38,934 bases of DNA, from contig CAVXDE010000016.1 of NCBI GenBank assembly GCA_963760435.1, positions 1 through 38,934 of the forward strand, given 5' to 3'. The DNA is from an uncultured Alphaproteobacteria bacterium (GTDB lineage: Bacteria; Pseudomonadota; Alphaproteobacteria; Rhizobiales; Xanthobacteraceae). Positions 27,293 through 36,756 of the stretch are shown in pieces (position 1 is the stretch's first letter; each line of letters begins with the position of its first letter). The translations under genes and the position numbers were made by a program. The notes beneath the pieces are model-generated. The model saw only the letters and a program-made list of their open reading frames with translations, was not told where the DNA came from and made no database searches.

Positions 27293-27481
27293 ATGGCCAC
27301 TCTCAACGTCAAGAATTTGCCGGACGCGCTTTATCGCAAGCTGAAGGCCCGCGCCAAACGCGAGCGGCGTTCGGTCGCCCAGGAGGTGACCGTACTGCTG
27401 ACGGAAGCACTTGAACCTGCCGCCCCTCGCTCGATTCTTCGAGCTGCGCGGTCTCGGCAAGGAGCTATGGCGCGGCGTTGA
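27293..27481 (+). CDS. RHH (Arc/FitA/VapB-like) antitoxin
   Basis: GGAGG RBS; MATLNVKNLPDALYRKLKARAKRERRSVAQEV ribbon-helix-helix fold pattern. Confidence 0.75.
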   Translation: MATLNVKNLPDALYRKLKARAKRERRSVAQEVTVLLTEALEPAAPRSILRAARSRQGAMARR

Positions 27482-27514
27482 TGCCGTAGATCATGTTGCG
27501 AGCGAGCGGACGAC

Positions 27515-27958
27515 TTGGCGCTGATCGATGATCTCGGCGCAGGACCAGTCGGCATCGATACGGCAATCATCATTTATCTGATCGAAGAAAACCAGCTATT
27601 CTCGGCGGTCATTGCGCCGCTGTTCGAGGCGGCAGACGCTGGCGAGCTTGAGCTCGTAGTCTCGGCACTTACGCTGCTCGAAGTGCTCGCGGTTCCCTAC
27701 CGCGCCGGAAACATCGCATTAGCCGAACGCTATGAGATTGTGCTGACCCGCAGCCGGGGCGTGCGGATGATTGATCTCACCCGCGGGCATATGCGCCTGG
27801 CGGCACAGCTCCGGGCCGCGAGCAGTGTTGCGACCCCTGATGCACTCCAGCTCGCGACTTGCCTTGCAAGCGGATGTTCAGCCTTCGTCACCAATGACAG
27901 GCGGCTGCCCTCAATACCGGGGCTGAGGATCATCCAACTGCGCGATTACAGCGTCTAA
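27515..27958 (+). CDS. PIN-domain toxin (VapC-like)
   Basis: TTG start predicted by the ORF track; IDTAIIIYLIEE (first acidic residue), LLEVL, FVTNDRRL motifs of the PIN fold; immediately downstream of the RHH antitoxin. Confidence 0.7.
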   Translation: MALIDDLGAGPVGIDTAIIIYLIEENQLFSAVIAPLFEAADAGELELVVSALTLLEVLAVPYRAGNIALAERYEIVLTRSRGVRMIDLTRGHMRLAAQLRAASSVATPDALQLATCLASGCSAFVTNDRRLPSIPGLRIIQLRDYSV

Positions 27959-28114
27959 ACCGCCGCCCGGCTCACCTCCCGGGCGACCGTTGCAACCGAC
28001 GCAACCGCACACCAAGGTGCCGGCCTGCGAACGGCTAACACGATCCCGCTTATCTTCACGGTGAAGTGGGTGATGCAGTGGAATCGCGATGGACTCGGCG
28101 CAAGGATGCGGAGA

Positions 28115-28308
28115 ATGCCCGGGCATTCCCGAATTGAGATCAACCCACGAATAATCCTGGGAAAGCCCGTTGTTCGCGGCACCCGCATCACGGTGGAAGT
28201 GATTTGCGAAAACTGGGCGAGGAGGAAACCGTCCAGGATCTTCTGGACGCTTATCCGGATCTGCGCGCGGATGCCGTTCACGGCGGGGATTGGGTGCGAT
28301 GCGGATAA
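28115..28308 (+). pseudogene. DUF433-family (antitoxin-like) gene with a 1-nt frameshift
   Basis: ATG at 28115 after GGAG gives MPGHSRIEINPRIILGKPVVRGTRITVEVICEN. The +1 frame then reads LGEEETVQDLLDAYPDLRADAVHGGDWVRCG*, the canonical DUF433 C-terminus. One base (likely a c) is missing within gaaaac(c)tgggcgag at about 28213. Confidence 0.65.
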
Positions 28309-28333
28309 GCTCAGGATATGCTAGCATGTTTAA

Positions 28334-28576
28334 ATGACCAAGCTCCTCGAGGATGCAATCAAGATCGTGCGGGAACTGCCTGAAGACGATCAGGACGAAG
28401 CCGCCGAAATGCTCATGGCCATCGCCGCAAGGACAGGTGCCCCAGTGGCACTTGATGACCAAACTCGACGAGCGATCCGTGCGGGACGTGAGCAGGCGCG
28501 GCGAGGCGAATTCGTGAGCGACGCGGATATGGCAGCCTTCTTCGCACGCCACGGCGTCAAGCCCAAACGTGCATGA
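28334..28576 (+). CDS. Putative ParD-like antitoxin
   Basis: ATGA overlap with the downstream ParE toxin; C-terminal RRAIRAGREQARRGEFVSDADMAAFFA is ParD-like; the N-terminus is unrecognised. Confidence 0.5.
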   Translation: MTKLLEDAIKIVRELPEDDQDEAAEMLMAIAARTGAPVALDDQTRRAIRAGREQARRGEFVSDADMAAFFARHGVKPKRA

Positions 28577-28857
28577 GGGTTCGCTATACGCCTCAGGCTC
28601 AGAACGATCTCGACACAATTTACAATTATCTGGACGAAAGAGCTCCGGCGGCGGCACGCGCCGTAAAAGACCTCATCGAGCGTCGGATCAGCAGCCTAGC
28701 CGATTTTCCTTTAATGGCACCAGCGACCGATGAACCGGGCATTCGCGAACTGACGATCGTCCGGTATCCATACAAAGTCTATTACGAAATCGCGGGAGAC
28801 GCGGTTTGGATCGTGCACATCAGAGATGCACGACGTCGACCGTGGACCGAAGACTAA
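28573..28857 (+). CDS. parE: ParE/RelE-family type II toxin
   Basis: MRVRYTPQAQNDLDTIYNYL...IRELTIVRYPYKVYYEIAGDAVWIVHIRDARRRP matches the ParE fold signatures. Confidence 0.8.
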   Translation: MRVRYTPQAQNDLDTIYNYLDERAPAAARAVKDLIERRISSLADFPLMAPATDEPGIRELTIVRYPYKVYYEIAGDAVWIVHIRDARRRPWTED

Positions 28858-28861
28858 TAAA

Positions 28862-28887
28862 GCGGGGCCGTTTAACTGCGACCCCGC
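28862..28887. terminator. Possible stem-loop (GCGGGG...CCCCGC, 14-nt loop) between convergent parE and hpnH
   Basis: Inverted repeat read from the sequence; no clear U-tract. Confidence 0.3.
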
Positions 28888-28894
28888 GCCCCGC

Positions 28895-30037
28895 TCACCG
28901 CCCCGCGGCTTGCTTCTTCGGCTCGGAGGTGTGCATGCGCACCATCTGCTCTTTGACCTGGCGCTCGAACATGTATTGCGCCGGCCGTTGGTTGTGCAGC
29001 GGGATCTCCGGCACCATCGGCCCGTCGGTACGCATGCCGCGAACCGCAGTGATCGCCGCTTTGAGCGGGTGCGCGATGGCGTCGTTGACGGCGGTCGCCT
29101 CGAAGCCGCTGTGCACCATGCAGTCGGCGCATTTCTCGTAGTTGCCGGTGCCGTAGGCGTCCCAATCGGTCTCATCCATCAGCTCGCGGAAGGTCTTCGC
29201 ATAGCCTTCGCCGAGCAGGTAGCAGGGACGCTGCCAACCAAACACGGTGCGGGTCGGATTGCCCCACGGCGTGCAGTGATAGGACTGGTTGCCGGCGAGG
29301 AAATCGAGGAACAGGCTCGACTGGCTGAACGACCAATTGCGGCCGTTGTTGCCGCGCCGGAAGATATCGCGGAACAGCTCCTTGGTCTTGGTGCGGTTGA
29401 GGAAGTGTTGCTGGTCTGGTGCGCGCTCATACGCGTAGCCGGGCGACACCGTGATGCCGTCGACCCCCATAGGCTTGAGGGTATCGAAGAACGCCGCCAC
29501 GCGCTCCGGCTCGGAATTGTTGAACAGCGTGCAATTGATGTTGACGCGGAAGCCCATGGCCTTGGCGGCCTTGATGGCCTCGACCGCGCGCTCGTAGACG
29601 CCGTCCTGGCAGACCGACTTGTCGTGCATCTCCTGATCACCGTCGAGATGCACGGACCAGACGAAGAACGGGCTCGGCTTGTACTTCTTGAGATTCTTCA
29701 TCATCAGCAGCGCGTTCGTGCACAGATAGACGAACTTGCGCCGGGCGATGATGCCCTCGACGATCTGCGGCAGCTCCTTGTGCAGCAGCGGCTCGCCGCC
29801 GGCGATCGAGACCACCGGCGCGCCGCATTCGTCGACCGCCTGGAGCGCGTCGGCGACCGGGATGCGTTTATTCAGGATCTCATCCGGATAGTCGATCTTG
29901 CCGCAGCCCGCGCAGGCAAGGTTGCAGCGGAACAGCGGCTCGAGCATGAGCACGAGCGGGTAGCGCTTGCGACCGGTCAGCCGCTGACGCACCACGTAGG
30001 ACCCCACCATCAAGGTCTGCAAAAAAGGAATCGCCAC
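28895..30037 (-). CDS. hpnH: Adenosylhopane synthase HpnH (radical SAM)
   Basis: CNLACAGCGK radical-SAM CxxxCxxC; near-identical motif run to known HpnH (RKRYPLVLMLEPLFRCNLACAGCGKIDYPD..., WSFSQSSLFLDFLAGNQ, TPWGNPTR). Start GTG at 30037 (VAIPFLQ, after AGGA); alternative GTG at 30043. Confidence 0.95.
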   Translation of the reverse strand: MAIPFLQTLMVGSYVVRQRLTGRKRYPLVLMLEPLFRCNLACAGCGKIDYPDEILNKRIPVADALQAVDECGAPVVSIAGGEPLLHKELPQIVEGIIARRKFVYLCTNALLMMKNLKKYKPSPFFVWSVHLDGDQEMHDKSVCQDGVYERAVEAIKAAKAMGFRVNINCTLFNNSEPERVAAFFDTLKPMGVDGITVSPGYAYERAPDQQHFLNRTKTKELFRDIFRRGNNGRNWSFSQSSLFLDFLAGNQSYHCTPWGNPTRTVFGWQRPCYLLGEGYAKTFRELMDETDWDAYGTGNYEKCADCMVHSGFEATAVNDAIAHPLKAAITAVRGMRTDGPMVPEIPLHNQRPAQYMFERQVKEQMVRMHTSEPKKQAAGR

Positions 30038-30153
30038 GATCACATCCTGTTTTGTTGATGCTTAGTCGAGCCTGTCCCGATCGACAACCAGAATAGCTCG
30101 AAAGATTTCCGTTTCGTTACAGTCCCTTCGGGAACACCCCATGTCCTCCCGAT

Positions 30154-31131
30154 TTACGCCTCGGCAGCCGTTTTCACCTCCGGTTTCACCGACCGCGCCC
30201 CGGTGCGGCGGTCGGCGAGCTCCGGCGGCAGCCGGAATTCCACCGTCTCGGTGCGTCCATCCAGAGATTCAACCTCCACCGGACCGAACCGTTTCAGGGC
30301 GGCGATCACGTCCTCCACCAGCACTTCCGGCGCCGAGGCGCCGGCGGTGAGACCGACGATCTTCGCCCCGTCGAACCATTCCACCTGCAGCTCGCTGCCG
30401 TCCGCCACCAGATAGCTGGGCTTTTTGGCTTCTTCGCCAATTTCGCGCAAGCGGTTGGAATTGGAGCTGTTCTTCGCCCCGACGACCAGAATCACATCGG
30501 CGCGCTTGCACAGCTCGCGCACCGCGATCTGCCGGTTCTGAGTGGCATAGCAGATGTCGCGGGTTTCCGGCCCGACGATATTGGTGAACCGCCGATGCAG
30601 GGCCTGGATGATACCTTTGGTGTCATCGACGCTCAGGGTCGTCTGGGTCACGTAGGCGACCGGATGATCGACCGCGATGTCGAGCGCCTCGACGTCTTTT
30701 TCCGACTGCACCAGGAGTACCGGGCCGGAAATCTGCCCCATGGTACCTTCCACTTCCGGATGCCCGGCATGGCCGATCAGGATGATCGTGCGCCCCTGCC
30801 CTGCATATCGCCGGCCGTGGTTATGCACCTTGGTGACCAGCGGACAGGTCGCATCGATAACGCGCAGGCCGCGCGCGACCGCTTCGCGTTCGACGTCCTT
30901 GGAAACACCATGCGCGCTGAAGATCGCGTGCGCGCCAGACGGAACGTCCTCGAGCTCCTCGACGAAGCGAACCCCCTTCGCCTTCAGGGTTTCGACGACG
31001 TATTTGTTGTGCACGATTTCATGGCGCACGTAGATCGGCGGTCCGTAGCGTTCGAGCGCCCGCTCGACGATCTCGATTGCGCGCACCACGCCGGCGCAAA
31101 AACCGCGCGGCTGCGCCAATATGACCTTCAT
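30154..31131 (-). CDS. ispH: 4-hydroxy-3-methylbut-2-enyl diphosphate reductase
   Basis: [61 protein letters not shown]: full-length match to IspH/LytB. Confidence 0.95.
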   Translation of the reverse strand: MKVILAQPRGFCAGVVRAIEIVERALERYGPPIYVRHEIVHNKYVVETLKAKGVRFVEELEDVPSGAHAIFSAHGVSKDVEREAVARGLRVIDATCPLVTKVHNHGRRYAGQGRTIILIGHAGHPEVEGTMGQISGPVLLVQSEKDVEALDIAVDHPVAYVTQTTLSVDDTKGIIQALHRRFTNIVGPETRDICYATQNRQIAVRELCKRADVILVVGAKNSSNSNRLREIGEEAKKPSYLVADGSELQVEWFDGAKIVGLTAGASAPEVLVEDVIAALKRFGPVEVESLDGRTETVEFRLPPELADRRTGARSVKPEVKTAAEA

Positions 31132-31153
31132 TCCTTGCCCCTCTTCAAATGGG

Positions 31154-33079
31154 TCATGCCCGCCTGATCGTTGTTTCGATCATGTCGCGGCCCATCACCC
31201 CCAACACTTTTGCGACGATCGTCTTCGCGTCAAGTCCGGCCTGCGCATACATGGCGGCCGGCGATGCCTGATCAATGAACACATCGGGTAGAACCATGGA
31301 GCGCAGGCGCAGGCCACGATCGAGCGCGCCGTGCTCGGCAAGGCTGTGCATCACCTGCGAGCCAAAGCCGCCGATCGAGCCCTCCTCGATGGTGATCAGC
31401 ACTTCGTGCTCGCGCGCGAGCCGCAGGATCAGATCGAGATCGAGCGGCTTGGCGAAGCGCGCATCGGCGACCGTGCAGGAGAAGCCATGCACCGCGAGCT
31501 CGTCCGCCGCGCGACAACACTCCGCAAGCCGCGTCCCAAACGAGAGCAGCGCGACGGAGGTTCCCTCGCGCACGACGCGCCCCTTGCCGATCTCGAGCGG
31601 AACGCCGGTCTCAGGCAACGGCACGCCGGTACCTTCACCGCGCGGGTAGCGTAGCGCCGACGGGCGGTCATCGATCGCGGCTGCGGTCGCCACCATATGC
31701 ACCAGCTCGGCCTCGTCGGCCGCGGCCATGATGACGAACCCTGGCAGACAGCCCAGGAAGGCTGTGTCAAACGAACCCGCATGGGTCGGACCGTCGGCGC
31801 CCACGAGCCCGGCGCGGTCCATGGCAAAGCGCACCGGCAGCCGCTGGATCGCGACGTCGTGCACCACCTGGTCGTAGCCGCGCTGCAGGAAGGTCGAGTA
31901 GATCGCGGCAAACGGTTTGTAGCCTTCGGCGGCGAGCCCGGCCGCGAAGGTCACAGCATGCTGCTCGGCAATGCCGACGTCGAAGGCGCGATCCGGAAAC
32001 GCTTTGGCAAAGATGTCGACGCCGGTACCCGACGGCATCGCCGCCGTGATGGCAACGATGCGATCGTCCTTCTGCGCTTCTTTCACCAACGACTGGCCGA
32101 ATACCTTGGTGTAGCTCGGCGCGCTCGCGCGCGCGGTCTGCTGCTTGCCGGTGACGACGTCGAACTTGACCACGCCGTGATATTTGTCCTCGGCCGCTTC
32201 CGCCGGCGGATAGCCTTTGCCTTTCTGCGTCACCACGTGGATGAGGATCGGCCCATCGTCAGCGTCGCGTGCATTCTTGAGCACCGGTAGCAGGTGATCG
32301 AGGTTGTGACCATCGATCGGCCCGACATAGAGGAATCCGAGCTCCTCAAACAATGTGCCGCCGGTGAGGAAATTGCGCGCCATCGCCTCGGCCTTGAGCG
32401 CGCCCGCTTCCATCGCCTTGGGCAGATGCCGGGCGATATGTTTGCCGACGCCGCGCAGCGACTGGTAGGTGTTGCCCGAGATGACGCGCGCCAGGTAGGC
32501 CGACATGGCGCCGACCGGCGGCGAAATCGACATGTCGTTGTCATTGAGGATGACGATGAGCCGGCTGTTCATCGCGCCGGCATTGTTCATCGCCTCGTAA
32601 GCCATGCCGGCCGACAGCGAGCCATCGCCGATCACGGCGATGACATTGTTGTTCCCGCCCTGCAGGTCGCGCGCGACCGCCATGCCCAAGCCGGCCGAGA
32701 TCGAGGTGGAGGCATGGGCGGCGCCGAAGGGATCGTAGACGCTCTCGGCGCGCTTGGTGAAACCCGACAATCCGCCGGCCTGCCGCAAGGTCCGGATGCG
32801 ATCCCGCCGGCCCGTCAGGATCTTGTGTGGATAGGCCTGATGCCCTACGTCCCAGATTAATCTGTCATGGGGAGTATCGAACACGTAGTGCAGGGCTACG
32901 GTCAGCTCCACGACGCCAAGCCCCGCACCCAGATGCCCCCCGGTCGTAGCGACCGCGTTGATGGTCTCGGAGCGTAATTCGTCGGCAACCTGGCGCAGGT
33001 CGCTTTCGTTAAGCCGCCGCAGATCCGCCGGATCGACGATTGCATCGAGAAGCGACGGGGCGTTGCGAAGGTCAGACAT
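31154..33079 (-). CDS. dxs: 1-deoxy-D-xylulose-5-phosphate synthase
   Basis: [78 protein letters not shown]: full-length match to Dxs. Confidence 0.95.
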   Translation of the reverse strand: MSDLRNAPSLLDAIVDPADLRRLNESDLRQVADELRSETINAVATTGGHLGAGLGVVELTVALHYVFDTPHDRLIWDVGHQAYPHKILTGRRDRIRTLRQAGGLSGFTKRAESVYDPFGAAHASTSISAGLGMAVARDLQGGNNNVIAVIGDGSLSAGMAYEAMNNAGAMNSRLIVILNDNDMSISPPVGAMSAYLARVISGNTYQSLRGVGKHIARHLPKAMEAGALKAEAMARNFLTGGTLFEELGFLYVGPIDGHNLDHLLPVLKNARDADDGPILIHVVTQKGKGYPPAEAAEDKYHGVVKFDVVTGKQQTARASAPSYTKVFGQSLVKEAQKDDRIVAITAAMPSGTGVDIFAKAFPDRAFDVGIAEQHAVTFAAGLAAEGYKPFAAIYSTFLQRGYDQVVHDVAIQRLPVRFAMDRAGLVGADGPTHAGSFDTAFLGCLPGFVIMAAADEAELVHMVATAAAIDDRPSALRYPRGEGTGVPLPETGVPLEIGKGRVVREGTSVALLSFGTRLAECCRAADELAVHGFSCTVADARFAKPLDLDLILRLAREHEVLITIEEGSIGGFGSQVMHSLAEHGALDRGLRLRSMVLPDVFIDQASPAAMYAQAGLDAKTIVAKVLGVMGRDMIETTIRRA

Positions 33080-33287
33080 TTGGACTCGCTATCGAGGTTT
33101 GAAGCGTCTAGGGGTTTAGCGACCCCGTCGCTCCGGGGTAAGAGCGGCGTTTGCGTCCAATTTCGGCATTGCGCCGAAACACATGGACAATCAAAGAGTT
33201 AGGACTACATCGCGGGCTCGACCCCGAATTGGGCGCGGCCGCTATGTTTTCGGTAACTCCGAAACCGGAGCACAGGTTCAACCGGAC

Positions 33288-35945
33288 ATGAAGATTTTTA
33301 CCACCACTGTCGTACAAGCCATTAAGCAATGTATAGGCCACCCGTGGGCCGTGGTCATCATCGCAATTCTCTTGACAGCGGGGTCGACCACCTATGCGGT
33401 GCGCCACTTTGCGCTGAACACGAGCATTAACAAGCTGATTTCGCCCGAATTGCCCTTCCGCAAGCGGGAGATCGCGTTCGACGCCCTATTCCCGACTTAT
33501 GACCTCGTGATCGCGGTCGTGCAGGCGCCCACCCCGGAACTGACCAGCGCCGCGACGGAGGCTTTGGTCGGCCGGCTGAAGGGGCGGCACGATGTCTTCA
33601 AATCGATCGACGTAGCGGGCGGCGGCGAGTTCTTTGCCCGCAACGCGCTGCTGTTCCTGCCCACCGACCAGCTCAGGCCCATGATGGAACAGGTCGGCCA
33701 AGCGGACACGTTGATCCAGGTGCTGGCCAGCGACCCGAGCCTGCGTGGGATTGCGCAGACGCTGTCGTTCGGCATCATGGGTACCGAGGACGGACAGGTC
33801 ACGCTCGATGCCATGACGCGGCCGCTCACCATGGCGGCGGACACAATCGAGCATGTTCTCGCCGGGCAAACGACGAGCTTCTCCTGGCGTGAGCTCGTCT
33901 CGGGCAAACCACCCAGCATCAACGAATTGCGACAGCTCGTCCTGATCCATCCGGTGCTCGATTTCGCGGCGCTCGAACCAGGCAAGCAGGCGAGCGACGT
34001 CATCCGGCAGACCGCGGCCGATCTCAAGCTTGCCGATACCTATCAGGCGACCGTGCGGCTCACCGGCCCCGTGCCCATGGCGGATGAGGAATTCGCGACC
34101 ATCAAGGAGAACCAGTGGCTCAACGGTAGCATCACCATTCTGGTGGTGTTGTTCATTCTCTGGCGCGCGCTCGGCTCGGGCCGGACCATCCTGGCAGTTG
34201 CACTGAACGTGGTTGTCGGGCTCGCCATCACCGCCGCGGTCGGGCTGATGATGGTCGGCGCGCTGAACCTGATCTCGGTCTATTTTGCCGTGCTGTTTGT
34301 TGGATTGGGCGTCGACTTCGGCATCCAGTTCAGCGTGCGCTATCGTTCCGAACGCCACGCGATTCCCGATCTGCGGGCGGCGCTGCTCGAGACCGGCCGC
34401 TACGTGGCGGCGCCGCTCACCCTTGCGGCCTGCGCTATCGCGGTCGGCTTTTTTTCGTTCCTGCCGACCGACTACAGAGGCCTCTCGGAGCTTGGCCTGA
34501 TCGCCGGTGTCGGCATGCTGATCGCTTTTGCCACCAGCGTGACCTTGCTGCCGGCCCTGATCCAGCTGTTCAAGCCGCCGGGCGAGCCCGAGCCGCTCGG
34601 CTACCCGTGGCTCGCACCCGTCGACAATTTCATGGCGCGCCATCGCATTGCGATCCTGACGATCGTGCTGTTGGTGGTGCTCGGAGGAACGCCGCTGCTC
34701 TATTGGCTGCGCTTCGATTTCAATCCGATCAATCTGCGCAGCACCAAGGTGGAATTGGTCGCGACTTACCTCGATCTCAACAAAGATCGGCAGAGCAGCA
34801 CCAACAACATCGAGATCCTCGCGCCGTCGCTCAGCGCCGCCGATGCGCTCACCGCCAAGCTGCGGGCCCTGCCGGAAGTGGCGAGCGTGGTGATGCTCGA
34901 CACCTTCGTCCCTAAGGATCAGGACGAGAAGCTGCCGCTGATCCAAAAAGCCGCGCAGGAGCTCGACCCCTCGCTCAATCCGAGCGAGATCATGGGGCCG
35001 CCGAGCGATGAGGAAGTGATTGCCGCGCTGAACTCGGCCGCGCAGGGCCTGGTCAAAGCGGCGGACGCCCAACAGCAAGCCGGGCCGGGCCCCGCCATTG
35101 CACGTCGACTCGCGGGCGATCTTGACACGCTCGCGCGCGCCGATCACAGCGTGCGCGCCCGCGCGGAAATGGTCTTTGTTCCGCCGCTCAAGACCGCGCT
35201 CGATGAGCTGCGCGCCATGTTGAGCGCCAAGAAGGTGACGCTCGAGACGCTCCCGCCCGACCTGCGGCGCCAATGGCTGGTGCCGGACGGGCGCGCGCGC
35301 CTCTCGGTCAGCCCGAGCGGTGATGCCAGCGACAATGAGGTGCTGCGGAAGTTTGCCCGCGTCGTGCAAACGGTTGCGCCGGACGCGATCGGCGGGCCGG
35401 TCTCGATCCTCGAGGCAAGCCGCACCATCATTCGCGCCTTCGGCGAGGCGGGCGCTTGCGCCTTGGTGTCGATTTTCATCCTCCTGTGGCTCACCTTGCG
35501 CCGGATCAGCGACGTGATGCTCACGCTTATTCCGCTGATCCTCGCCGGCGTCGTGACGCTGGAGATTTGCGTCCTGATCGACCTGCCGCTCAACTACGCG
35601 AACATCATCGCGTTGCCGCTGCTGCTCGGCGTCGGCGTGGCGTTCAAGATCTACTACATCATGGCCTGGCGGGAGGGACAGACCAACCTGCTGCAGTCGG
35701 TGCTCACGCGCGCGGTGATGTTCTCCGCCGGGACCACCGCGACCGCATTCGGCAGCCTGTTCTTCTCGAGCCACCCGGGCACGTCGAGCATGGGCGAGTT
35801 GCTGGCGCTGTCGCTGATCTGCACGCTCGCGGCAGCCGCGCTGTTCCAGCCGATCCTGATGGGCAAGCCGCGCACTGCTGCGGGTGAGGAGGAAGCGGCA
35901 GCCGTCGATCAACCGCCGCAGCAGAAAGCGGTGAAGGCGGGCTGA
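33288..35945 (+). CDS. hpnN: Hopanoid-associated RND transporter HpnN (MMPL family, 885 aa)
   Basis: ATG at 33288; 12-TM MMPL architecture with two large periplasmic loops; divergent from the dxs-ispH-hpnH operon. Confidence 0.85.
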   Translation: MKIFTTTVVQAIKQCIGHPWAVVIIAILLTAGSTTYAVRHFALNTSINKLISPELPFRKREIAFDALFPTYDLVIAVVQAPTPELTSAATEALVGRLKGRHDVFKSIDVAGGGEFFARNALLFLPTDQLRPMMEQVGQADTLIQVLASDPSLRGIAQTLSFGIMGTEDGQVTLDAMTRPLTMAADTIEHVLAGQTTSFSWRELVSGKPPSINELRQLVLIHPVLDFAALEPGKQASDVIRQTAADLKLADTYQATVRLTGPVPMADEEFATIKENQWLNGSITILVVLFILWRALGSGRTILAVALNVVVGLAITAAVGLMMVGALNLISVYFAVLFVGLGVDFGIQFSVRYRSERHAIPDLRAALLETGRYVAAPLTLAACAIAVGFFSFLPTDYRGLSELGLIAGVGMLIAFATSVTLLPALIQLFKPPGEPEPLGYPWLAPVDNFMARHRIAILTIVLLVVLGGTPLLYWLRFDFNPINLRSTKVELVATYLDLNKDRQSSTNNIEILAPSLSAADALTAKLRALPEVASVVMLDTFVPKDQDEKLPLIQKAAQELDPSLNPSEIMGPPSDEEVIAALNSAAQGLVKAADAQQQAGPGPAIARRLAGDLDTLARADHSVRARAEMVFVPPLKTALDELRAMLSAKKVTLETLPPDLRRQWLVPDGRARLSVSPSGDASDNEVLRKFARVVQTVAPDAIGGPVSILEASRTIIRAFGEAGACALVSIFILLWLTLRRISDVMLTLIPLILAGVVTLEICVLIDLPLNYANIIALPLLLGVGVAFKIYYIMAWREGQTNLLQSVLTRAVMFSAGTTATAFGSLFFSSHPGTSSMGELLALSLICTLAAAALFQPILMGKPRTAAGEEEAAAVDQPPQQKAVKAG

Positions 35946-35959
35946 GCGTACCTGCCCGG

Positions 35960-36493
35960 TTAATGCGCCGGCGCGGCGCCGGCGGAATGCGGCGCGGGAT
36001 GTGGCGCGCCGGCCGGATGGCCCGGCATGGGGTGCGCGGCTTTCACCGCCGGGTCGAGCTGCGCATAATTGGAGTCCGGCAGCCGGTACCAAGTCTGGTC
36101 TTTGCCGAACAATGAGATGCCCAGATAGCCGCGCACCACCAGCGTGTGTCCATCCGGACTCAAATGCATCACGGCATTGTAGGTCGAGCCGCTGCGCGGA
36201 TCCATGATGGTGCCGCTCTCGTACTCGAGGCCATGCCGATGCATGCCTTTGACGATCACGAGCCCGAGGAAGCGCTTATTTGGCTCCTCGCCCGGCTGCT
36301 GCGGAAACGTCTTGGCGATGGCGCCCTCAAAGACGCCGCCGCGCTCGTAGAACAGGAACCAGGCTCCGGTTCGTCCGGTGTCGGGATCGACCTGTTTCCA
36401 CAGGCCGGTGACGGCCTCTTCTGCTGTCGCGGCAGAAGCCATGCCGAATGTAAGGCACGCGATCGTCAGAAGACTTGGAATCATTCGTTTCAT
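35960..36493 (-). CDS. DUF2147-domain secreted protein with His/Pro-rich C-terminal tail
   Basis: Signal peptide MKRMIPSLLTIACLTFGMASA; GLWKQVD...GTIMDPRSGSTYNAVMHLSPDGHTLVVRGYLGISLFGKDQTWYRL matches the DUF2147 consensus from memory; tail HPMPGHPAGAPHPAPH. Confidence 0.65.
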   Translation of the reverse strand: MKRMIPSLLTIACLTFGMASAATAEEAVTGLWKQVDPDTGRTGAWFLFYERGGVFEGAIAKTFPQQPGEEPNKRFLGLVIVKGMHRHGLEYESGTIMDPRSGSTYNAVMHLSPDGHTLVVRGYLGISLFGKDQTWYRLPDSNYAQLDPAVKAAHPMPGHPAGAPHPAPHSAGAAPAH

Positions 36494-36756
36494 ATGCGGT
36501 CACTAATCCGTGGGGCAGCCGATGGATTTGTTTCTCGCTAGTTAATACGGCGAATTGCAGGTCGCCAGACCCGCGTCAGACGGTCACAGAAATCGTCGCA
36601 AGATCAAGCAGATAGTCACACCCGCGACGCTCTTCCGATATTATCTTTATGTCACGGCTGCACAGCCGCATGGCGGCAGCGCTTTGTGCTGGAAAATTGC
36701 TGCCATTGTGTCATGGGTATTTTCCCGCATTCGATTTGTCCCAGGCCACTCGCGCA

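Noticed and set aside
28826-30058. 410-aa + strand ORF antisense to hpnH
   Set aside because: hpnH on the minus strand has the radical-SAM CxxxCxxC and matches known HpnH end to end.
33486-36092. 868-aa minus-strand ORF antisense to hpnN
   Set aside because: Arg-rich garbage; the hpnN + strand product is a clear 12-TM MMPL protein.
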